Origin: Takakia lepidozioides | Taxonomy: Eukaryota; Plantae; Bryophyta | Length of the DNA: 64,000 nt | Direction of reading: 5' to 3' | Assembly: GCA_030704615.1 (NCBI GenBank) | Contig: CM060731.1 | Coordinates: 36,022,001-36,086,000, forward strand | Shown here: positions 13,248 through 26,464 of the stretch, one piece after another | Numbering within the stretch: the first letter of the stretch is position 1 | Layout: each line of letters begins with the position of its first letter | Notes under the pieces: generated by a model | What the model saw: the letters and a program-made list of their open reading frames with translations, nothing else | Databases searched by the model: none | Told to the model about the DNA's origin: nothing | Made by a program: the position numbers and the translations under genes

Positions 13248-16200
13248 TCATTTGTGAGGTTTAGTGAGCTAGCTCACCTAATGAGGCCACAGTTATAGAT
13301 CATCTGCGAGGAGGAAATTAACTTGATCAGGTTACAATTTCGATCCTTAAAAGGATAAAAGTTGTAGCTTAGGTCACATATTGCATGTTGTTCAGAAGGA
13401 ACTGTGGTGAGCTTGGTTGACTGCCAAAAATTTTGAAAGTCATGGTGTTTAGACCCATCCTTCTCTAGAGCTATGTAACATTACTATAGGCCCAATCTCA
13501 AACCCCAGAAAGAAGGGAGAGAGGCAATGGGGGCTTTTCGGATGTGTTCATTTTACATAAGATTTCAACTGAGAATGTGTTTTGAACAGATTTTGGTATG
13601 GCTTCACATGGTTTTATTGGGAGGCCCTGGATGATTGTGTAGCAACTTATCTGTTGCTTTGTCTACGTAGTGCTTCCACATCTTCCTCCATGATGAAGCT
13701 CATTCTTATATTTGGTGATGCATGAGCCTTTGAAGGTCTTAGTCAACACACCAATTGTTACTAAGGGAAATTGTTCTACTTCGATTTCTTTTATCACCAC
13801 CCTCGATCTTGCACATCATAATCTTCCACAAGGAAACAATGCTTTCACATATTCTCACATTTTGAACAAGGTGATTGACCTTTCTCATCTCTGATGCGAT
13901 GTGGATTGTGTCTCCTGCTCAGCCAGACAGGGAGTGGACACAACCTTGCAGATTCTGTGTGCATGAAAACTACACCAGGTATGGAACGCAAGCTCCCATG
14001 CTGAGCTTTCAATATGTAAAACCTGAAGTATAGGGCTTAAAGGGCAACCCCACGACACAATTCAAATGTCCAATCTATGAACATGATCTTGAGGATAGCG
14101 AGCATTGACTGATGAATTTTTTGATGCATTGTCATGGTTATGTAACAGTCCTGTAAAGGGGAGGGCCCTCCCCAAAGCATCAATAGAATGTGACAATGTC
14201 TCATTTCGCTTGGCATCCTTTCGTGCCATGGGTGTGCTGGCCGAAATCTTATCTGTGTAAGTCCGAGAATAGTCAAGAGCTTGTCACTGATTGTTGGTGG
14301 AGTTCGATTTAGGAGTTGTAGGTCACATGACTGCTAGAAATCCAACAGTCACCCACCGAGGCACTGTTACCGTTATATAAACGGGCTCCACATTTTGAAA
14401 GAACTAGTCCATTGTCATGAGGAGCGAGACAACTAGATATAAATGTGCACTGCGTGTTATCTGACCAGGCTCGGTAAAGTTCACATGCCAGTTGCCGAAA
14501 GTCATATTGTAACTTACGTGGAAAGCTTACGTGCAGAAACGGTCGCTGTCCTCATTTGCATTGCCAGAGAGGGCAGTGATAATTTCTAATCTCCAAGTAT
14601 GTACATTCTGTTGACCGATTCTGCGGGGCTTGAACTTCTCTTTGGCAAGGGACACTGGGCATCAGATGAAGAAGGTACACCGACCCCATGTCATCACCAC
14701 TGTCCTGGACTTCTGCCTCCCAGTCATCACTACATTGCTAGTCACAATTCTGGAGCTGGGATTCTGACTCTCTCAATCTGGAGGCGAGCTACAGGCTCCA
14801 TCGTCTCACCGCCTTCTAAGATCAAGGTGACTTCAATCTAAAATACTTGTCTTGCTCATATTGAGATTACGTTCGAGAGTGCGAGCAAGCCACTACTGTA
14901 GGTATATGAAGTTATACTAAGGTACAGTAATAACTAGTTTCTCCACCTCAGTCTAGATTTGTCTTGTCTGAATTCATGATGGTGTATCGATCAATGGGGT
15001 TCTACTCAGTTCAGGTAAGAGGTGAAATCCAGAACGCCCTTAGGACAGGTGTCTCAAATCTTGGAAAGTCTGAGGTTCAGGATTTTACCTGTTGTAGGGA
15101 ATGGTCTTGGATTTGAGACACGGTTGAAGTGAGATTCCACATAAGCCCTAACTTAGTGGAATCTTTTTTTTTTTTTTTAATGGAATCTCACTTCCCTCCC
15201 TCCTGATCAATTCCTTACCAAATTACTTGTACTCGGAGTTACTTACTGTGATGACAAGTCAAGTGCAATAATGGCAATTGACAAGTCATAAGTAGTGATA
15301 AGCCTTAATTAGCTTTAGTTATTAGTTAGCAAGGACTCAATCAAGTGAGAGTAATCAAGTTGGAGATAACTCAAGTTGAGCGTTATCTCAGTCAATTCTG
15401 GCAAAGATCTTGATTATAAATAGGGAGAGCTGGAAGGTAGAGACCAGTGTTGGACTGGTTTACTCGGTTGAATCTAGGTGTGGGATATAGGTATGAGTAC
15501 GTGTATTGAAGAACATACCAATTGGGTGTAAAGAAACCAATGTACGGATTTGAAAAGGAGTATGTCTTTTGGGTTTCACCCACACAAGTTCGGCTAAGCG
15601 CAAGATCCCGATATGAGTATGGAGGTGAGTTCGTGGGGGATGGAGCTAGGTATGAATATGGCTATGACGTTAGGTTTTTCGAGGAGGAATAGGCTAGTCA
15701 TAATCTGTACTATCACTTTGTTAATTCAAGGCTCGTGTGCCGCGATTCAGACTCACTTGCCTTTCACTTTTGTTTCATGTTGCCTTTGCCTAGTGTTTCA
15801 CATTGCAAGTGATGTGTGCATGAGTTTTAAAGTGGGTACTACTGCCCGCTTCAACCTTCGGTCTCTCTTCGGGGTAGAGTCTATTTCTCCGAAGAGCAAT
15901 CAGAATTATCCATAACGAAGATATTTCAGTTGAGGGGTTGAACGATTGAACCAGTCAGTGTGCGGTTAGCTGCATAGGCCCCCTTGGTGGCCCCCTTGGC
16001 GTGACAACCTGCTGTACATGTGCTCATGTCAAACAGCGTTTCTTTTAAGAAATTTGGAAAACAGCACGAGAGGCTACAGAGTTTTGCAAAAAAGTAGCCA
16101 TACACTCTGTTTATCCACTGAAATTCATCCACCTCTGTACTTTAATCCATTTATATCATCCATATTTGGCGAATTCAGTCATAATTTATTTTTTATTTGA

Positions 16201-17125
16201 AATGTGGTCAGTTTCCATGGATGTTGATCCTTCTTTTTATTGAAGGTGGGACTACACCATTGGTTGAAGTGACAACCAAGTTGTCCATGCGCCTTGTTGT
16301 GTCTTGACCTTCCCCTGTCATTAATTCAGATATCAGTCCTCCAGGATGAGTTTCATCAATAGACATCCAAAGTTGGGCATCTCCAAAATGTTTTTTTTAT
16401 CTATGTTCTAAAGTCTTGCCAAAAATTGCTATTGTATTTTTAGAGACTCCAGGGTTGGAACTTGAAACTGTAGAATAGGGATGAAAGATGAAATGATCTA
16501 CTCTCTATGCATGATTTTCTTTGTTGTTTGTTTCTCGTATGTTTCACCGAACCATAGGAACAGAACAAGTTGTCTCCATGAGAGTGTTGGACTGGTATGT
16601 CTATCTATAGGTAGGAGCAACTTGGGGTTTGAATTTGGTATGAATATCTGTATGTTGGGTTGAATATGAGTATGGTCTTGGTATTTTTTATTGGGGTATA
16701 TGAGCACTAGTATCATATTTCTATTGCCGATAAAAGAATGGCTGACGTCAAAATGTCAAAACCTCTATGTCCTTTTTACATCTGATCCTGCATGAGATCC
16801 TGGGTTCAAACTTCAAACCACCACATGAATTCGTTAATCATTAATGTTTTTGGAGATAACTCATTGATATTTGCAGTCTTCTTTTCTTTTCTTTTGGAAG
16901 GGAGCGAATGACTGTTCAAAATCAGGCCCCCAATTATAATGGCCTCTCATTTATTAATCTACAAAGAGAGACGTGTGAGAGGAGAAATAACGAAATAACC
17001 TATCTCATAGTAATCTCGCCATGGCTCATGGTGTAGGCTCAAGTTTTTATATTTAGATCATTTAACAATTCTTTAGTGTATTTAATGAAATTTACAATTT
17101 TTTTAATAATGAACAGGGGACAGAG

Positions 17126-17683
17126 CAGTGTTTTATTTTTGGGCGAAAAATCGCCAAATGGCGACCAGTGATTTTTATCTTAAAATTGAAAAATAGCACG
17201 AGTGGCTACAAGAAATAGCTATATATTCTGTTCATCCATTGAAAATTTGGATAGAATCATTCTCATATGTACTTTCATCCATTTATATCATCCACATTTG
17301 GCGAATTCATCCATTATTATTTTTTTCCTTGTAGAAGTTTGGCGATCCATGAAAAAACAGGGAATTTGTGACAGAATATTCCATTTTAATGTTTTGAGGT
17401 CGCCATTTGGCGAGTTTTTGCCAGAAAAAAACACTTATGGCGACCTCAAAACATTAAAATGGAATATTCTGTCATAAATTCCCAATTTTTTCATGGATGA
17501 AATCGCCAAACTTCTACAAGGAAAAAAATAATAATGGATGAATTCGCCAAATGTGGATGATATAAATGGATGAAAGTACATATGAGAATGATTCTATCCA
17601 AATTTTCAATGGATGAACAGAATATATAGCTATTTCTTGTAGCCACTCGTGCTATTTTTCAAATTTAAGATAAAAATCACTGG
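17126..17683. mobile_element. CAGTGTTT-type MITE with inverted duplication (foldback)
   Basis: MITE termini CAGTGTTTT (17126) and AAAAACACT (~17435). Arms 17165-17406 and 17437-17683 are near-perfect reverse complements around a 30-nt loop. Related copies at ~16085-16200 and 25463-25722. Confidence 0.85.
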
Positions 17684-18584
17684 GAGAGAGGCCCTGGAAA
17701 ATTTAATAAAGAATCTACATTTTAGTTTGAATAGCTCAAACCAGCCCCACCTTTTTAGGCAATATTCAGCCTGAAAGCACCAAAAAAAGAGGGGCTGCGA
17801 CACCCCTTTGTAAAAAACAGGGGCCTAAGAAAAAACAAAAAACAGGAAGTGGGGGTTCCAGTGTTGGTAACAGAAAGTGGGGGTTCCAGTGTTGGTCGGT
17901 TATCAGGGACGCCCTGCGTCCCATCCCCCCATTGGGCTATGGTGTGTGAAATGCTACCTTGGCGGTTTCATCATAGCCAGTTTTCAACAATGCATGGGCT
18001 ATGGAGCCACCTATTCTGCACCCATTTCCAGATGTGTAGCCCGTGCAATATATACATGCTTTGAAAAATCGCATATTGTACACTAGCTCAGCAAACATGT
18101 AGCCAGGTATGATCCAGGTGGACATTCTAATAGTAGCCACCTCTAATTATCCCCAGCATTTTGTAGCCACCTCTACGACTATGCTGAAGTGAAAAAAAAG
18201 GGCTGGCTCATAAAGAAATGTGAGGGGGTTTGTCTAATTTTCCATATTGATAAAAAAAAAAGTTTAAAGTAATTTAAATATTTAAATATATTGCTTAAGT
18301 AGAACCAGAACCTAACTGGATCTGGAGTCTTTTTTTCAGCAACTAACTGGTAACCGGAACAGCCCCAAAGTTAAAAAATTGAAACCGGAACAAGATATGG
18401 ATTCGTCTCTGGAAATAATTGTGGAATTAGAACTCAAGGTTCCTTCACAAATGCAAGAACCGAAAAACCCTGGATTCAACCTAGGATCACCCAGGCTGTG
18501 CAATTAGTCCCTACTACATCTAAAAATTCCACTGTTGAAATTGGGAAACGAAAACGATTTAATGGAGGCACAAAACACCGAACA

Positions 18585-19246
18585 CACTAGACATAGGATG
18601 GGAGTTGAATGCGCGTGTGCCAGCCTGCCGGTACGGTTGCCGGGCTTGTCCCTGGCAGGGCCCGCAGTCAAATCCCCACTCCCGCGCCCCTGAGTCGCCC
18701 CTGAGTCGTGCCGTTATTGCCTGCATAATAGTACAAAAGATTAAAAGTACAAGCAAGGAAGCGGTGAGTAGTTTGGTGGCTGGATTTGATAATCACTGAA
18801 GTAGTGGTGTTGGGTTCAAACTACGCCCATGGCATGATGGAAATTGTGTGTTTAAGAATTTGACGAATACACCAGTAACTTTTTGCATCTCCAAAAAATC
18901 CCTCAAGCGGACCTCCGCTCCCCTGTGTTACTGATCCCCGCCGCTCCTGTTGCTGCTCCCCAATGTTACTACTCCCGGCTCCCTTGTGCTATTACTCCCT
19001 TGTTTTACTGCTTCGCCGCTCCAATAACAGGGGAGCGGAGGAGCGGGGAACAAGGGATCGGCGGAGCGAGAACAAGGGAGCGCCACAGTGGGAACATGGA
19101 GCGCGGGACCCTCGATGGGGCGTGAAGCATACATGAGGGAAGGGGGGGGGATTTGACCGCATGCCCACGTGGGCCTCCGGTTAGCTCCGGGGATCGTACC
19201 GGCAAGCCTCGTACGGGCACATTCAACTCCCATCCTATGTCTAGTG
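18585..19246. mobile_element. Non-autonomous TIR element with CACTA-starting termini (CACTA/EnSpm-like)
   Basis: Perfect 27-bp TIR CACTAGACATAGGATGGGAGTTGAATG / CATTCAACTCCCATCCTATGTCTAGTG, extending imperfectly to ~55 bp. Flanks CA/TA are not a clean 3-bp TSD, so the superfamily is uncertain. Confidence 0.7.
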
Positions 19247-19479
19247 TAAACCCACAAAACACCCAGCAGTTTTTTAGGAGCAAAAATTCTTTCAAAGTCT
19301 TAACATGCAAGGTTGTTTTTAGTTCCTTTTTGAGAGAACTCAGAACACTATCCTTATGAGCACACTCACTCACTTGAGCATATCACAAATCCACATTAAT
19401 AGGTTGTATTCCACGACATTAGAAAATAGCATTGTTGGAAGGGTGTAGGGTTTGGCTGGTTATCAATCCGGGTATCAAC

Positions 19480-20621
19480 CACTATTGTGCGGGTAAATCA
19501 TTTACTCGGATTTACTTAGCAGATAAATCAGGGTAAGGGTAAATGATGTACCCGGATACACCATTTTTCATTTATCCTTATTTTTCTGTGCCTAAAGGGT
19601 AAATTATTTACATATATCTTTACCCATGGGCAAATGTCCAATAGTTGAGGGTGAATGAAAAAGGTAAATAAAAAAAATGAATGGTATCTTGTGTCTTCTT
19701 CCTCCTCTTGGAGGACCTTCTGTCCTTATGTATATCCCTAAATACGAGCGTCAGTCTCCCCGGCTACCTTTGTGCTATCATTGTGTACCAGCATACCACT
19801 GTAGAAGCGCCTTCAATCGAGCGTACTACCGTCCTAAGCCTTGAGTGCAAGGTTTTCAAGCCTACCTTTGCATAGTCACATTTTTCTTTTGTTTCATTAT
19901 TATCTTTTGTGTGATGAAACATCATGATGAATCCTCATATTATTCACAATCTCATATAATCAGCCTTATTACCACACCAAAAACTGACCATCTTAATCTA
20001 AATTAATTTTTGTGTAAAGCATAACAAACAGAAAAAACTATATATCCTTCTATATATCATTTATTTATCTGGGGCAAATAAAGGGTAAATCAATTACCCT
20101 TAACCCGGTATTTATCAGTGTTGGATTGGTATATATATTGGTATATGCACTGGTATTAGATACCAGACCAGTCTGGTATCATTTGGGAGAATACTTGGTC
20201 ATATACCAGACCAGGCTGGTATCAGTTTTTTCATACCAGCCACGATACCGGCCGTCTTCCTCATTTACATGTACATATGCTTACCGTTACGTGTACTTAA
20301 TATCTATAATTACTTCTTTATGTGTATTCTATTTGTTTTCACTTGATACTTGCTATTTGATAAACTTGTAGTTCAAGATGGCTTTTTGAATGATACCAGA
20401 GTTGATATCTCATCCCAGCTGGTATTGTGGTCATGATACTCAAACTCACACCAGTATCTATCCTTATCCTTCTGAATATATTGGACTTTACCCTTTATCC
20501 CGAGGACAAGTAAATCATCAGCTTTTTAGTTACCCTTACCCACAGGATAAATCATTGGACATATAGATAATTTACCCTTACTGGGAGGGTACGCAAAAAT
20601 CTATTTACTGGCACAACATTG
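19480..20621. mobile_element. hAT-like MITE nested within 19430-21324
   Basis: TIRs CACTATTGTGCGGGTAAAT / ATTTACTGGCACAACATTG; perfect 8-bp TSD GTATCAAC (19472-19479, 20622-20629); GGGTAAA/TTTACCC subterminal repeats. Confidence 0.8.
20116..20453. mobile_element. Third-level hAT-like MITE fragment
   Basis: Starts with CAGTGTTGG and is rich in ATACCAG/CTGGTAT. The right end is degenerate. Possible TSD GTATTTAT / GTATCTAT. Confidence 0.4.
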
Positions 20622-21450
20622 GTATCAACCAGGGTATTAAAGGACTGGTATCTACTTTTGTAATAATAGGGTTGAGTACCATACCCTTGGCATTTGGCAC
20701 TCGCAACATCTAAGGCAGTACCCTACCTAGGCTGGTATTGGCAATGGCGATACAGGTCGATAGCTGTATTAGGGAAAATACAATGACCATGCACAAGGTA
20801 TCAGTATCATTGTATCAACCAATGTTAGTCACATCCAGCCTGTATGCCCTTTATAACTATTAACCCCAACATACCCTACCTTGCCCACCTTGTCACTCCT
20901 TGATCAACGATTTTTTCTACAACATGACGGATGAGGAGCACCTCCGAATTGCACACGGCCATGTTGGACAAGACTTGGAACCAACTGATTTCTCTTGATC
21001 TTACATATATCTACAAAATACGCGTATGTATTGCAAAGGGCTTTTCCAACAGAATTTTATTTTCTTTGGTCCAGACCAAGTATACTTATAAAAGGATTGA
21101 AAGCACAATGCTCTGGCTACCACTTTAATTTGAATTAGATTAACTTATATATACCCGGATTGGTAACCGGCTGGTATTACAATTGGATACCACCGGTTGT
21201 TCCTGATCCTATTGAGAACTGACGGATAGTAATGTTTTTTAATGTTTTTAATACCATCCGGTTCCTGGTATTGAATTTTTATTTTTCAGTACCAGCCAGT
21301 TCCATAGTATTGTGCCCAACACTAGTAAATAGGCCTAATTATTCAATTATTATTAATATTATCACAAAGGAAATTGGGACCCACAGTTCAGGCCTTTCAA
21401 ATTAACTCCTTCTGATATAAGCTATTGGGCGCACAAGAGATAAACATCAT

Positions 21451-21558
21451 CCTAGACAGACAGACGAAACAGACCATACCAGCAGTACAGAGTAGCAGGA
21501 TTTAAACCCCGGACCACCAGGGTGACAGTCCACTATCAACTGACTCAGCTACTACCTA
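21451..21558 (-). mobile_element. tRNA-derived SINE remnant
   Basis: Minus strand has an A-box-like TAGCTGAGTCAG (21551-21540) and a B-box-like GGTTTAAATCC (21508-21498) at tRNA-like spacing, followed by a (GTCT)n-like tail. No intact cloverleaf. Confidence 0.45.
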
Positions 21559-24514
21559 GTCACAGGTCAAATTTTATTTATTTCTACAATTTCCAATAAA
21601 ACTTTGTACGTATACTACCAATATAATTTGATTCCACAGCCAGGCTCTTTCCCTATCAAATGATGATGATGCCTCCACATATTCTATCAACATGACATTC
21701 TCTGGGACCATATTTCATGGAGCTATTGTCTGAGTGGAACTCAACCTTGTTTTCCAACATTTGCAATAAATGGAAGAGGCTCTTATTTACGCTAGCTTCG
21801 GCTGCGTTTATATATATATGGTGAGGGAATTCTGCATAAATATATTTGGCTTAACTCCTGCTTAAGGATTTGAGCTTGGACCTCTTTGTCCTTTTGAGGG
21901 CTTCTCAATTTGGTACACACTACACACCTTCAGGATACTACTAAATGTGACATTGTTTGGTTCAGTGTGGCTTTCTCCAGCTTTAAGTTTTTATATATGG
22001 AAGGCCTCCTGGGTACATTTCGTTTTTTGAACTTGAGTTCAACTTCATCTTTCAAATAATTGATGTCGGATAGCGGATAATTGATATTTCGTATTATTGT
22101 ATCTGCTTACAATTGATTATTGGTTGGAAGTGTCCCACTCAATCAGGTCTATCTTAAAAAACAAGAATCGGAAGTTTCAAATAGTCATATGTCCAAAACA
22201 CTATATTGGAATCAACCGATACACCCCTTGTTGAGCACTTACGAAGGGCTGTAGTCCAACATGCACAATTTAGCTTGCTTATCCAGCCGCATGTTGTAGT
22301 TACTGTGTGCAATAGAACGCTGTTCATTCACCTTGCCACACCTCGCTCGGTGGGGATCAACGGAACTCACATTGATGAGATGCAGTGTTGCAATGGCCAC
22401 TGGCTCTTATTCGCATGATTGATGCCATTCACAATTTTACGTTGCCAATGCTCGATGGATTTTATGTGTTCTTAAAGCCTTTTTGAATGGGTATCAAATC
22501 AGCCGGAAGTGTCTCTAGAGGATTTGTGTTAAAGAAAATAAATATGACATCTTTGAAGGGAAGCCTAAACTGTGGTGTCCCTTGACCCCAAGGACTGCTG
22601 CCTTCTGGCGGGAAAGCTTTGTGACACCAAGAAAGAACTACATACGGTATATAAATTTATATTTATATTTCTTTCGGGTTTTTTCTCCATCCCTGCTTGG
22701 CTATACGAGCGTAACTGGGTTGAGCGAAGCATGTAATTACATCATTTACAAAAAAGGAACTACTGCATAGATGCGTGGTTGCGCAGTGGATTGGACCCAC
22801 AACTAATTCCGAGGTTGTACGTGGCCATTCCCATTGGGCTACAACTTGGTTGTCGAGGATCACCAAAATGACTTCAGCTTGGTCGCTACAGGGTTTTCAA
22901 TTCAAGAATATACTAGTCAGATGATGATGCGTAGACGTAGGGTGGCAAACTTTGGTCGCAATGTAGCCACCATGATGGTACCAAGTCCCTACCATAAAAA
23001 GTCGCGAATCTACCGAAAACCTACACTAAATGATCCATCTAATTAATTGTCTATTCAATCCAACCCAACTAAACCTAACAAGATGGAGATAGAAGATGGA
23101 GATAGGCTGATATGGAATTGTTCAATAGTTCCAAGGAAAACAAAGTGTTTGCGTTGTCAACTTTACGTGGCCAATTCTCAATGAGTTCTATGAATTTTAT
23201 GTGTTCTTTAAGGTAATGAATGTGTATCAAGTCAATAAGAAGTGTCCATAAAAGATCACCAAAAGTTCAACTAGGTTGCTATATGGGCTTGCCGGTTTGG
23301 AGTCCAAGAAGGCATTAGTTGGAAGATGAGGCATGGCGGCAGGTAGACCACATTGCCACCTTGATGGTCCCTACATCGTACCATGAGAAGTTGTGAATCT
23401 TTTTTGTACATAGTGTTGTGTGGTATTTTGTATTCTTACCCTTCGAGTCGGGTAAGAAGGAATTTTATTGTGTCTTCTTCTCGGAGTCCGGAAATCCTAT
23501 ATTTTCAAAATTATATTTATCCTCCGGGTAAGGGTCTATTGCTATTGGTGAATCTTCACGGGTATAAATAAGAAATAAGAATACCTGGAGGGTATAAATA
23601 AGTGTCGGCTATGGTTAAATAGATGTATTTCTACTGTTTATTATTAAGATTTTTAAAAAATGCTTGCAATATTCACAAAACGGTTGAGGGATAGCCTAGC
23701 TACATAACGCACCTTTGTGGGCTCCAAAAAAGTAATTTGTTGCCGGGCACAAGGAACTTTGGAACAGCAACAAGAGGGCCAATCTCCAGTGCCACAAGAG
23801 ATGTGGAATATTGCCCAAGCTTAAATAGGCTTGAATAGGCGTGGCAGGGTGGTGTAGGGCCATCAATTACCTCCCCGATTTGAAGTGAGGTGGCCCTAGA
23901 TTACCTAGGTTGGAGGAAGGGAATGATTTATCCGTCAAGGATATACCCTTTAAGCGAACACTTACCTACCTCCGGCGCAGAATAAATCCACATTCTAACC
24001 ATCCAGTTATATTGTAATGGTGGGTAAGTAAAAAGCCGGGTCCAGTTAAGTTAAGTGATTATACCTTATATGATATGCCCGCACAACACTAGAACATATA
24101 CTATGCAATCTCACTTCTTTCACTTTGATCAACTGCTTTGTTCCATTTTTGGACCAAACATATCTTTTTTTTCTAGTAGGAGTTTCAGCCCACTCTAAAT
24201 TCATCTTGTCACTGTAAGAAAAAAACACCACGTGAATTTTGTTGTCTACCCCCATAAGTCAAAATGTTGGGCTCCACACACAACCACCATTTTGTTGAAT
24301 TTTACTCTAGCATATACCTTTGGAGGTAGGTAGACATATTATATTTGGTTTAACTTGTAGAATGTTAGATTTTCTTAAGAACTTTACATCGATTTTTTTT
24401 ATTTTTTTTTCAAAGTTCGATTTCTCAAGTGTAGTGGTTAGATTTTGGGGATATTCACTTGGTGGTTCATTTAAGATTACCCGATTCGGTGTCGCTTCTT
24501 AGTAATAGATATTA

Positions 24515-24598
24515 AGGTCTTCAAGTCCTGCGAGGTCTGAACGGTCGCCGGCGGCGGTGTCTTCGGTCAAGGGGTCCACTAGCGGGCCTCAAAGACCT
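24515..24598. mobile_element. Tiny Harbinger/Tourist-like MITE (~84 bp)
   Basis: Inverted termini AGGTCTTCAAGTCCTGC / GCGGGCCTCAAAGACCT (13/17) in a TTA/TAA context. Shares the AGGTC start with the Harbinger element at 35792. Confidence 0.4.
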
Positions 24599-25462
24599 TA
24601 ATATTAAAACAAAAAGAGGGTTGTGTGTCAATAACCACAACCATACAAGAAAGAAAGAGGACTCCTTCCCAAGGAACCGTGAACTATAGCATCTCTTCCT
24701 AACCATCTTCCCTTAGAAGGTGCACACTTTGAACCCTACATCACCTAAGTTATGCACAAATTAGGCACAAACACCCAACCGCACAACGTCTATGAATGAC
24801 ATTGTATTCACACACGGACGCTAACTTAAGTATTTGCCATGTTCTATTTTCCGCTTGACTAACCATGCTCAATCCAATTCAAACAATAAAGACAAAAGGG
24901 CTCCAGTAGCATGTGAGTGGCCTATCACTGCTCACAAGCTGAACAAGATGATGGAGCAGGAGCCCAGCGTTGCAAGAAAGAAAAGGGAGAGGTAGCTAAG
25001 AGGGGTGAGTCATGGCATAGGTACAGGAGCTGTGGCTGGCATGCAAAGCCAGGGGCCTACTTAGATCGTCACGCCTGCCTACCATGTGTCTTCCTTCCCA
25101 CCATCCTTTGTGGGGGGCCACCCCTAATTCCTTGTCGATGGCACCTAATAGAAAAGGCCCGTCAGAGGAATGCAATGCACCCGGCCCGGCCCGCCATCCA
25201 CCGCAGCCGCGCCCCCCTAAGTCTGGCACAGCACCTCCGCGCGGTCACCGCGATCCAGGTACGGCGGGCTCCACGCTCTCTGAATCTCGTTTTAAAACAA
25301 AAAACAATTAAAGGGGAACAGGGGCCCTTTTGATCAAATTAAAATAGAAAGTGTCACAAAAGGTGGAAAAAGGTGGGAAAAATAACCACCTTAGGGAGGC
25401 CGTAAAGTTTTCACTTATAACTAAACTTCAATTCTATCGTGGTAGAAAGGATGTGGGTTTCA

Positions 25463-25722
25463 CAGTGTTTTGTTTTTCAAATTTGGGAAAAGAACAGGAG
25501 TGGCTACTGATTTTTGCAAGAAATAGGTATATTTTCTGTCCATCCACTGAAACTTGGATAGAATCATCCGATACTGTACTTTCATCCATATGCATGTCAT
25601 CCATATTTGGCAAATTCATCCAAGTTTTATATTTTATTTGGCAATTTCATCCATGAGAAAATAGGGAATTTACGACAGAATATTCCATTTTATTCTGGAG
25701 GTTGAAAAAGTGCGTAATACTG
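25463..25722. mobile_element. CAGTGTTT-type MITE of the same family as 17126-17435
   Basis: Termini CAGTGTTTT / TAATACTG. Internal similarity to 17165-17406 (GAGTGGCTAC, TGGATAGAATCAT, TGTACTTTCATCCAT, GACAGAATATTCCATTTTA). Confidence 0.7.
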
Positions 25723-26464
25723 TGTGGGTAAGAATAGTGAAGTCTGTAATCGTAGGTTGCAGGGTCAAACTCGCACTGCATCAGAAGTTTTATTCGAAAA
25801 ACTTCTAATAAGTCCCTGCGAATACTTCTGTGGATGCCCATGGTCAAACATTGTATGGAAATACATGAAAGATGTGTGGTCATGCCTGTGGGGGTCCCAG
25901 GTTGAGAATTATTGTATACTGTTAGAAGATGTTAAATTTTTTTTTTGATTTTGTTACTTCGAAAATGTTTTTTACAATTTAAAAGCCCTTGGAGCTTTAT
26001 TGGAGACTATGTAAAGGAAAAAAATTAAAACCCTTCCATGCCCAAAGGCTTGCCATAAGGCCTAAACACACAGACCCTGATGGAGATAGCAAGGGAAGGA
26101 ATAATAATAATATTTAATGCCTCTTGAAGGAAGCTTAAATTATGGTGTCTCATCACCCTGAACGGTTATTGCCTTCCGCTAGGACAATGACAAGGACAAT
26201 GACCACCAAGCAAGCCCCAAGACAGAAAAGTTTTTCCGTACTTGTATGACTATGGGCATCCACCTGAACCTGTGATTCCCACATACATAACCAGATATCT
26301 CTCTGAGGTATTTCCATATGACCATGGGCACCAACTGAAGTATGACACCTTCTCATGGTCTTAATTTTTGGCTCCTTCCTAAAGAGCCATCACTGTCAAA
26401 AACGTCAACTCCCTGTTACACCTTCCCCAAATATCACCTACCTCACATTACCTAGTCCCTGCAG

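Larger units (their letters stand above)
19430..21324. mobile_element. hAT-like MITE (outer element of a nest)
   Basis: Termini CATTGTTGG / CCAACACTA; 8-bp TSD GAAAATAG / GTAAATAG (7/8); many GGTAT/ATACC subterminal motifs. Confidence 0.65.

Noticed and set aside
17842-17897. 28-bp tandem duplication containing CAGTGTTGG
   Set aside because: Probably a MITE-end remnant; no partner TIR or TSD was found.
21451-21558. Functional tRNA gene
   Set aside because: The boxes are degenerate and no acceptor stem or cloverleaf is recoverable. Kept only as a SINE candidate.
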